NCBI GenBank assembly: GCA_964620905.1
Contig: CAZUKA010000001.1
Span: 158,524 to 222,523 of the forward strand
Direction: 5' to 3'
DNA from: an uncultured Gammaproteobacteria bacterium
GTDB taxonomy: Bacteria; Patescibacteriota; Patescibacteriia; S139-126
DNA length: 64,000 nt
In this document: in pieces, positions 57,190 through 64,000 of the stretch
Position numbering within the stretch: position 1 is the first letter of the stretch
How the letters are laid out: each line of letters opens with the position of its first letter
The notes under the pieces: model-generated
What the model saw: the letters and a program-made list of their open reading frames with translations, nothing else
Told to the model about the DNA's origin: nothing
The model's database searches: none
Position numbers and translations under genes: made by a program

Positions 57190-58748
57190 TTTGGTAAATA
57201 AATTTTTCCATTATTGGCATCAACTTCAATCAACTGCCCGGTTTCAACTACCTTAGTGGCAATTCTAGTTCCTATTACACAAGGTTTCTTAAGCTCCCTA
57301 GATACTATAGCCGCGTGGGTGGTTATACCACCTTGTTCGGTAACAATAGCGCCTGCTCGTTTCATTGCTGGGACAAAATCAGGGGTTGTATTATTAGTAA
57401 CTAATATTTCACCTGTTTTTAACTTACTCAAATCTTTAATATTTAAAATTACTCTAGCTTTTCCGATAACTTTCCCTGGACATGCAGTTACACCATTAAT
57501 GACTTTGGTATTTTTATTTACTTTTTCAAATATATTTCTGTCAATTTTATTAAATTCATTATTTTCAAAAAATTTCCAACCTTTTGGACACACATAAAAT
57601 GCACATCCCTTTTGTCTATTTTTTACCTTTATTTTGTTAATCTTACCATGTAAAATTAAATCTTTCATCTCTGGATCATAAGTAAAACAAATATCTTTTT
57701 TATCAATTTTATAACGTCTGGCTAATTCATTTAGAATTGTAAAAATATAATGATTGGTTCTAAAAACACCAGACTTTCTTGTATCTTGCCACTTAGTAAA
57801 AATATCCGTGTATTTAATCAAATTTTTAAAATATAAATTTAATTTTAATTTTTTTATTAATAAATTCTTAGTATACAAATTTTTTGATTTGTTACTTTCT
57901 ACCTTATATTTTTTCAGTATATCTCTTTCAGTTAAAAATAATCTCCTTGCTTTCTCAATAAAATAGAAAGTTTTCAATGGCTCTGAATCATAATAACTAT
58001 TTTCTACCCAATAATATTTTTTTTGATGTTGATCAAATAAGTTTAAAAAATTTTTATTTTCACAAATAAAATTAATAAAATTTTTTTTACTTTTTAAATG
58101 AGTATATATTTTTTTATTTTTTCCAATTTTTAAGCATAGTTGCAAAAGTCCTACTAATTCTTGCTGTGTAAAGGTATCATAAACAGGCAGTGTTAAAATA
58201 TGTAACTTTTTTTCTATATTTTTCTCTTTTAATCTATTTAATTCCTTGGATAAAAGTTCTAAATACCAATCTTTTTCTTTATTTGATAAAAATGAGTCAA
58301 CTAAATATGGTAATGTACTTTCATAAATATACGCTTCTTTTAATTCTTCATATAACTTATATATAGTTTCAGGTTTCGTATTTTTTAGATCAATATTATC
58401 AAATTTTTTATAAATTTTTTTTAGCTGTCGCCAATCTTTTTCCCACTGCTTATACCAGGAATCAATTTTTCTTGGATTATTTTTTATTAATTTGAGGATA
58501 CGACCGCGCACACGTTCTAAATCACGATTATCCCAAAACCAATGCAATCTATTATTCTCAAGATAGCAAAAAGCGGTACGATAAGTGTTTGGCACTCGTT
58601 TATTGATATAGTATACACAGCCGTAACCTACTAAAAATAATGGGTTTAGTACCCCAGACCAACTTTTTTCATACCAATCTCTATTTGAGATATAGTCTTT
58701 AGTAAAAATTTTATACGATTTTGCTAATTCTGGTATTTTCATTATCAT
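57186..58748 (-). CDS. Paralog 3 of 7: N-terminal variable domain + C-terminal phosphohistidine domain
   Basis: 520 aa. C-terminus GGITTHAAIVSRELKKPCVIGT. The N-domain has TKWQDTRK and YYWVENSYY motifs. Confidence 0.7.
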   Translation of the reverse strand: MIMKIPELAKSYKIFTKDYISNRDWYEKSWSGVLNPLFLVGYGCVYYINKRVPNTYRTAFCYLENNRLHWFWDNRDLERVRGRILKLIKNNPRKIDSWYKQWEKDWRQLKKIYKKFDNIDLKNTKPETIYKLYEELKEAYIYESTLPYLVDSFLSNKEKDWYLELLSKELNRLKEKNIEKKLHILTLPVYDTFTQQELVGLLQLCLKIGKNKKIYTHLKSKKNFINFICENKNFLNLFDQHQKKYYWVENSYYDSEPLKTFYFIEKARRLFLTERDILKKYKVESNKSKNLYTKNLLIKKLKLNLYFKNLIKYTDIFTKWQDTRKSGVFRTNHYIFTILNELARRYKIDKKDICFTYDPEMKDLILHGKINKIKVKNRQKGCAFYVCPKGWKFFENNEFNKIDRNIFEKVNKNTKVINGVTACPGKVIGKARVILNIKDLSKLKTGEILVTNNTTPDFVPAMKRAGAIVTEQGGITTHAAIVSRELKKPCVIGTRIATKVVETGQLIEVDANNGKIYLPK

Positions 58749-59905
58749 ATTTTTTTGATGATTCCATTGGTTGCATCAACTTCTACTCTATCCCCGTTTT
58801 TAAAAATTTTTGTTGCCATCTTAACATTAATTATACATGGAATTTTTAACTCCCTGGAGACTATAGCTGCATGAGATAATAATCCCCCTACTTCTGTGAT
58901 AACAGCACCGGCCTTTCTAATCACTGGCATCAAATCAGGTGAAGTACTGACTGATACCAAAATATTACCCTGATTAAAATTAGACATCTCTACCTTTAAA
59001 CTTTTTTCCAATCGGTGAGTTATTATTCTTACTTGACCAATTATTTTTCCTGGAAAAGCTGTTTTACCCTTTATTTCTTTTTTTATATTGTAATTATTTT
59101 TTTCTTTTACTGGTTTTATATCTAATCTATAATTTGATTTTAAATAATATAGACAATAATACTTAATTCTATTATCAATTATTTCTTTGGGTACCTTTCT
59201 TCCTTTTAAAAGAAAATTTTCAAGTTCTTTATATTTTAAATTTTGGGCTTGTAATACAGTAAAATTCATACGATTACCTATCTCTTCATATAGTTTCTTT
59301 ACCTTCAAAAAAGTATTTAAATATACGTCATGCATTTCCAATCTACGTTTACCAATTAACCTAAGGTCATTAATTGTTTCTTTTAATTTAGACGCGATTT
59401 TAAAATCTGATTCATCATATTCACCAACTAACAACTTGTTTAAGCTGTTTTTTTTATTTTGTGGTATTTCCAAAATTATTTTGTCAATTAATTTTTGATA
59501 AACATCTGGTCTCGTAAACCTGTATACGGCCAATAATTTAGTATAGGAGTCAAAAAAATCTTTGAATAACATAAAAAGTCTCCTGTTATTTAAATTAATC
59601 AATCTAAATTTTTTTATATAATTAGCTATTTTAAAAACTTCTTTTTCAATTTTTTTTGTGGTAGCTATGTATTTTATTACATAATTATGATCTTGATATT
59701 TTTTGTAACCTATTATATTTACTTCATTTTCAGTTTTTTTGTTTATATAAAAAGTTAAACTTTGATTTATGTTTCGAAGATAATGCCTACCATAACTATG
59801 ACCTAATATTTTTTTTCTAACTAAAACATCACCATTAAAAAGCATTTCAGAAAATGTAAAAGGAACACTATCTATTGTCCAATCTTTTTTAAATTTACTA
59901 CGCAT
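58745..59905 (-). CDS. Paralog 4 of 7 (short): N-terminal variable domain + C-terminal phosphohistidine domain
   Basis: 386 aa. C-terminus GGLLSHAAIVSRELKIPCIIN. Confidence 0.65.
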   Translation of the reverse strand: MRSKFKKDWTIDSVPFTFSEMLFNGDVLVRKKILGHSYGRHYLRNINQSLTFYINKKTENEVNIIGYKKYQDHNYVIKYIATTKKIEKEVFKIANYIKKFRLINLNNRRLFMLFKDFFDSYTKLLAVYRFTRPDVYQKLIDKIILEIPQNKKNSLNKLLVGEYDESDFKIASKLKETINDLRLIGKRRLEMHDVYLNTFLKVKKLYEEIGNRMNFTVLQAQNLKYKELENFLLKGRKVPKEIIDNRIKYYCLYYLKSNYRLDIKPVKEKNNYNIKKEIKGKTAFPGKIIGQVRIITHRLEKSLKVEMSNFNQGNILVSVSTSPDLMPVIRKAGAVITEVGGLLSHAAIVSRELKIPCIINVKMATKIFKNGDRVEVDATNGIIKKI

Positions 59906-59907
59906 AA

Positions 59908-60918
59908 TTAAAGCTTTCTGATAATCCCTTTATTGGCATCGACTTCCACACTATTGCCATCTCTGAAGATATGAGTCGCTATCTTTGTACCAATAATACA
60001 AGGTTTTTTCAGCTCACGTGACACAATTGCCGCGTGACAGGTAATTCCCCCTTCATTGGTAACAATTGCCGCTGCCTTCTTCATTGCTACTAAATAACGA
60101 GGGTCTGTCATTGAAGCTACAAGGATTTCATTCTTATTAAACTTATTTAAATCATTCATCTTCCTAATTATTTTTACGACCCCCTTTGTCTTACCTGGAT
60201 AAGCGATGCTACCGCGAAGAAACATTTTTTCTTTCACTAGCTTTTTCTTTAATTTAAAGTAAAGTTTTCCACGGCTATAAAAATTAAACTTACGGTCTTT
60301 GATTCGCAATAATAAAAAATCTTTTCTATTACTTAAATTATTAGGTAAAATGGAAGATGATAAGAAGTGTTGCAATTCACTGTCAGTCATATAGATCAAG
60401 CTCCCTTTTTTAATCTGTCTTTGACGTTCGATTATAGCTAATAGTTCAAACTCATAACTAAATGACAATTTATGTACGTTTTCAAATTTTTTTCTTGATC
60501 TCAATAAGAGTTTCTTTTCTGATTCATTCAAGTACTGACAATATACTGGCAAATAAGCTGACAAAAAAATTATTTCAGTGAAGTGAGACATCCATTTATG
60601 TAATTCCACTAAACTTAATAACGAGTTACTTGTTCTAATGGATAAAAACTCATTAAATTCCTTTAACCGCGTGAACTCAAAATCAATGAACTTCTTTAAA
60701 CCTTTAGATCCTTGGCATTTAAACCAACCATTTGTAAATTTTTTTAAATCATTTTCAACAAGATAATAATAAAATATATCTTTCTCTACCAATATATAAA
60801 AAGGATTCCAGTGAAAACCCGAGCGTTTCTCAAGATATTTACTTTGAAGCTGATTAAATACTACGGATGTGCCTAAAACAGAATAATCGCGTTGATGAGA
60901 TTGGTAATTTAATTTCAT
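59908..60918 (-). CDS. Paralog 5 of 7 (short): N-terminal variable domain + C-terminal phosphohistidine domain
   Basis: 336 aa. C-terminus GGITCHAAIVSRELKKPCIIGT (PEPS-type TCHAAI). Confidence 0.65.
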   Translation of the reverse strand: MKLNYQSHQRDYSVLGTSVVFNQLQSKYLEKRSGFHWNPFYILVEKDIFYYYLVENDLKKFTNGWFKCQGSKGLKKFIDFEFTRLKEFNEFLSIRTSNSLLSLVELHKWMSHFTEIIFLSAYLPVYCQYLNESEKKLLLRSRKKFENVHKLSFSYEFELLAIIERQRQIKKGSLIYMTDSELQHFLSSSILPNNLSNRKDFLLLRIKDRKFNFYSRGKLYFKLKKKLVKEKMFLRGSIAYPGKTKGVVKIIRKMNDLNKFNKNEILVASMTDPRYLVAMKKAAAIVTNEGGITCHAAIVSRELKKPCIIGTKIATHIFRDGNSVEVDANKGIIRKL

Positions 60919-62363
60919 AATTTTTTAATTATGCCTTTATTTGCATCAACTTCCACTCTATCGCCATCCATCAATACTTGAGTGGATATTTTTGTTCCTA
61001 TAACACAAGGGATGTCCAACTCACGAGAAATTACTGCCGCGTGACAGGTAATTCCTCCTTCATCAGTGACAATAGCCGCGGCTTTTCTCATCGCTACTAT
61101 ATAATCTGGCAGGGTCATTCCACAAACCAAAATATCATTTTTTTTGACTTTTTTTAGTGCTTCAGCAGCACCGCTACATACCTTTACGGTTCCAATTACT
61201 TTACCTTTTGAAACTGGAATACCGCATATAAAATCTCCTATTTTTTTATTAGTAGTTTCTTTAATAAATTTGTTTTTAATTTTTATTGCATCTTGACCAC
61301 TATAAATAATTTCTTTGTTTTTTGTGATGTAAACAGCCGCTCCTTTTTTTCTTTTACTAATTAATTTATAATTAACTTCATTACCTTTCAATAAATCAAT
61401 AACTTCATTGAAAAATAACCACTCGAGATCATTAAGTTTCAATTTTTTTCGTCTAGATATTTCTTTTAGTAATAGATAAAAAGAATAAACGGATTTGGCT
61501 TGCATTTCTTTTCTTAACTCGTGAATTTCCGCATATTTATCAAAAAAATCAAGCCAGTGAGTTATTTTTTTATTGATTAGAAATTTATTAATAATTTTGT
61601 TTTTTTCTTCTTTTAAATTTTTCAAATAGTTTTTATCTCGAACCAAAATCTTTTTTAAATCAGTCTTTTTCTGATACTGTTTAATTATTTTTCTAAAATC
61701 ATCGTAAACCAATGGCTTCATGTTTTCCCAACCAATTTTTGTCCACCAATACTTATTATATAACTTACTAATCTCATGTTCATATATTTTTTTCTTTAAC
61801 GCCAATCTTATAATACTTATTTCTTCTCGTTTACTAAAAGAAAGATAAACCGGATTGGAAAGAATATTATAAATGTAATTTAAATTATCCATTTTTATTT
61901 TTTTTGAATAATTTTTAATTTTCGATTTTAAAAATATTTCTGACACAAAATCAATCGCGTCAACATCTGTGTTTAATAAACCATGGGCAGGAGAAGTTTG
62001 GTCAATCAAAAAATAAAAAAAATTTAAAATTTCTTTATCAGATAAATTTGTTAAGTCTGTATTTCTGATCTCTTCTGAAGCTTTAAAAGCTTTAGCAATT
62101 AAGTTGTATATTTTATTTAGGTGATAATCTTTATTTTTCTTTATACTACAAAATTTAAGTATTTTTTTTCCTAAATTTTGTAATTCCTTTTTCGACCATC
62201 CCCACCAAAGTTTATCACCAATATTTATATAAAAAGTTGAATAAAATTTGCCAATATTCAGCCTACTGCTATAATTTTTTAAACCATAAAATACAATATC
62301 AGCCCGAAAAGGTTGGATTGTACCACGCGTATACCACACCCAGATTATTCTATCTTTTTTCAT
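60915..62363 (-). CDS. Paralog 6 of 7: N-terminal variable domain + C-terminal phosphohistidine domain
   Basis: 482 aa. C-terminus GGITCHAAVISRELDIPCVIGT. Confidence 0.7.
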   Translation of the reverse strand: MKKDRIIWVWYTRGTIQPFRADIVFYGLKNYSSRLNIGKFYSTFYINIGDKLWWGWSKKELQNLGKKILKFCSIKKNKDYHLNKIYNLIAKAFKASEEIRNTDLTNLSDKEILNFFYFLIDQTSPAHGLLNTDVDAIDFVSEIFLKSKIKNYSKKIKMDNLNYIYNILSNPVYLSFSKREEISIIRLALKKKIYEHEISKLYNKYWWTKIGWENMKPLVYDDFRKIIKQYQKKTDLKKILVRDKNYLKNLKEEKNKIINKFLINKKITHWLDFFDKYAEIHELRKEMQAKSVYSFYLLLKEISRRKKLKLNDLEWLFFNEVIDLLKGNEVNYKLISKRKKGAAVYITKNKEIIYSGQDAIKIKNKFIKETTNKKIGDFICGIPVSKGKVIGTVKVCSGAAEALKKVKKNDILVCGMTLPDYIVAMRKAAAIVTDEGGITCHAAVISRELDIPCVIGTKISTQVLMDGDRVEVDANKGIIKKL

Positions 62364-63843
62364 CTATTTTTATTATGCCTTTATTTGCATCAACTTCTAC
62401 TTTATCCCCATCCTTAATTATATCTAAAATTCCCTGTACTCCAACTACAGCAGGTTTCCCTAGCTCTCTTGAGACAATTGCTGCATGACTGGTAATTCCA
62501 CCTTCTTCTGTAATAACCGCGCCTGCTTTTCTCATAAGAGGAACATATTCTGGTCTAGTATTCGGCGCTACCAATATCTCCCCTTTTTTTAATTTATAAA
62601 AATCACGTTTATCTTTGATAATTTTTGTTCTTCCAACAGCAATACCAGGAGAGATTGGCAAACCAGTAAATATATTTTGGTTGCTAAATTTTTTGTTTAA
62701 AGATTTTAGTAATCTTATCCTTAATTCATCTTTAATAATAATCAAATTGTCTTTTTTTGGAATATAATAAATAATTCCATTAACTCTGCGTTTTTTTATT
62801 TCTAACCATTCTTTTTTTTCAAAATTAAAAGCTTTTGAATATTCACGCCAATCTAAATATTCAATAACAGATAAAGGTATATTACATCTTCTTGATAATT
62901 CTTTAGCAAATCTTTTTAAAATTTTTCCAGCTATCTGATTAGCTGCTTTTCTATCATCTCGCCAGGTAGAAATAATATTTAGAAAATCTGCAATTTTATA
63001 TAATTCTGATTTCTTATTTCTTTTTATTTTTATGTTTTGGTGTTTAATCTTATGTAAACGTTCCTGAATAAGACGTTTATAAAAATATGATAATGGCAAA
63101 CTAACAATTGAGCTGTAATCATTATGTAACCAATCAAACTCATGTTGATGATTTTGTAAAAGTCGATAAAAATGGGGGTATTTATCTTTCAGGTTGTCTA
63201 ACTGAATTCCTTGATTTATGCTCTTATTTAGTGGATATATTTTTTTTGATAAATTGACTAAATTATTAAATTTTGTCTTTTCTTTTATAAAAATAGTTTT
63301 ATAGTCGTGATTAAATAAACTATTTAAATCTGACTTATAGTTAATTAAATTATTTTTTTTAAAAAAAATGTTTAAAAATTGATCACTATAATAATCAAAC
63401 GCATCATGAAAAATTGCATTTTGCCATAACCGAAGATAACATTTAGAAAAACTTTCAAAATTTAATATTAATTTTTTATCAGAATACTTTTTTAAATCTT
63501 GATTTTCTAAATATTTAACTTTTTTTACAAAATTTTTCAAATTATTTATTAACCAAAAATTTCTTGCAGATTTAATAAAATTTTTGTTTGACTTTTGTTT
63601 TTTAATATAAAAATTGGCTACTTTGATAAGATTATTGACACTAAGCCAATCATTCATAAAATCATCTTTTATATCTAAAATAATATCACGGTAATATATG
63701 TTTAAAGGTTTATTTTTTAAATAAAAATTTCCACATGCAGATAAAGGGTAAGATCCATAAAATAATTTTGCAGCTAAACCTTGACGGTACCATTTAATAT
63801 TTTTAAAATGTATTAAATTTATCTTATTATCTTTTTTTGACAT
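62350..63843 (-). CDS. Paralog 7 of 7: N-terminal variable domain + C-terminal phosphohistidine domain
   Basis: 497 aa. C-terminus GGITSHAAIVSRELGKPAVVGV. The N-domain has TWRDDRK and DWLHNDYS motifs. Confidence 0.7.
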   Translation of the reverse strand: MSKKDNKINLIHFKNIKWYRQGLAAKLFYGSYPLSACGNFYLKNKPLNIYYRDIILDIKDDFMNDWLSVNNLIKVANFYIKKQKSNKNFIKSARNFWLINNLKNFVKKVKYLENQDLKKYSDKKLILNFESFSKCYLRLWQNAIFHDAFDYYSDQFLNIFFKKNNLINYKSDLNSLFNHDYKTIFIKEKTKFNNLVNLSKKIYPLNKSINQGIQLDNLKDKYPHFYRLLQNHQHEFDWLHNDYSSIVSLPLSYFYKRLIQERLHKIKHQNIKIKRNKKSELYKIADFLNIISTWRDDRKAANQIAGKILKRFAKELSRRCNIPLSVIEYLDWREYSKAFNFEKKEWLEIKKRRVNGIIYYIPKKDNLIIIKDELRIRLLKSLNKKFSNQNIFTGLPISPGIAVGRTKIIKDKRDFYKLKKGEILVAPNTRPEYVPLMRKAGAVITEEGGITSHAAIVSRELGKPAVVGVQGILDIIKDGDKVEVDANKGIIKIDEKR

Positions 63844-64000
63844 TTTTTTGAAATAATATTACCTCTAATCAAATGGTCTTAAAATGTTTTTTTAAACAAT
63901 TATACCAACTGGTGTTTATAAAAACACCAGTGATATTATTTACTTGATTAATTGTGATGATTAAAATATTTTCTAAAATAAATTTTTCAAACCCTCCCAC

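Noticed and set aside
63890-63935. Hairpin CCAACTGGTGTTTataaaAACACCAGTG upstream of paralog 7
   Set aside because: There is no adjacent U-tract on either strand, and it lies in the promoter-proximal region of the array. It could be an operator or the end of a further upstream gene, but the window ends at 64000 and this cannot be resolved.

Overview
This window is a gene-dense, AT-rich (by eye roughly 30% GC) bacterial chromosomal segment. It has the look of a reduced-genome, Candidate-Phyla-Radiation/Patescibacteria-like organism; that assignment is inference only. The standard genetic code is in use: secA and several other genes end in TGA, so there is no UGA recoding. Nearly all of the window is core machinery. 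That includes type IV pilus pilB/pilC, the dcw cell-wall cluster (mraY-murD-ftsW-murG-murC plus an internally deleted murB-like ORF), hpf-secA and secD-secF. It also has greA, six aminoacyl-tRNA synthetases (lysS, serS, gltX, cysS, proS; lysS is fused to an HD domain), def-fmt, dnaX, a tRNA-Gln, the rod-shape genes mreBCD plus PBP2, and corA. Accessory content is a sortase next to a 939-aa LPxTG-type surface protein with Cys-rich and DUF11 repeats. There is also a membrane GT2 glycosyltransferase and a TraG/VirD4-like ATPase. The most unusual locus is a seven-gene tandem array (54351..63843, minus strand). Each paralog has a variable N-terminal domain and a C-terminal PEP-utilizing-enzyme phosphohistidine domain. 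A stand-alone PEP-synthase-type ATP-grasp protein (50154..51104) sits 3 kb away, with a degenerate carbamoyltransferase-like gene and a histidine-phosphatase-like gene in between. Taken together the region looks like a split, diversified RPH/PEPS-like phosphotransfer system. Other notable items are a SecD with a parvulin PPIase inserted in its periplasmic head, a LysRS-YqeK(HD) fusion, a helicase-dead PriA homolog and a mini-MurB. No CRISPR array, transposase or integrase was seen. Coordinates read off the sequence by eye may be off by 1-2 nt; ORF coordinates follow the supplied six-frame track.
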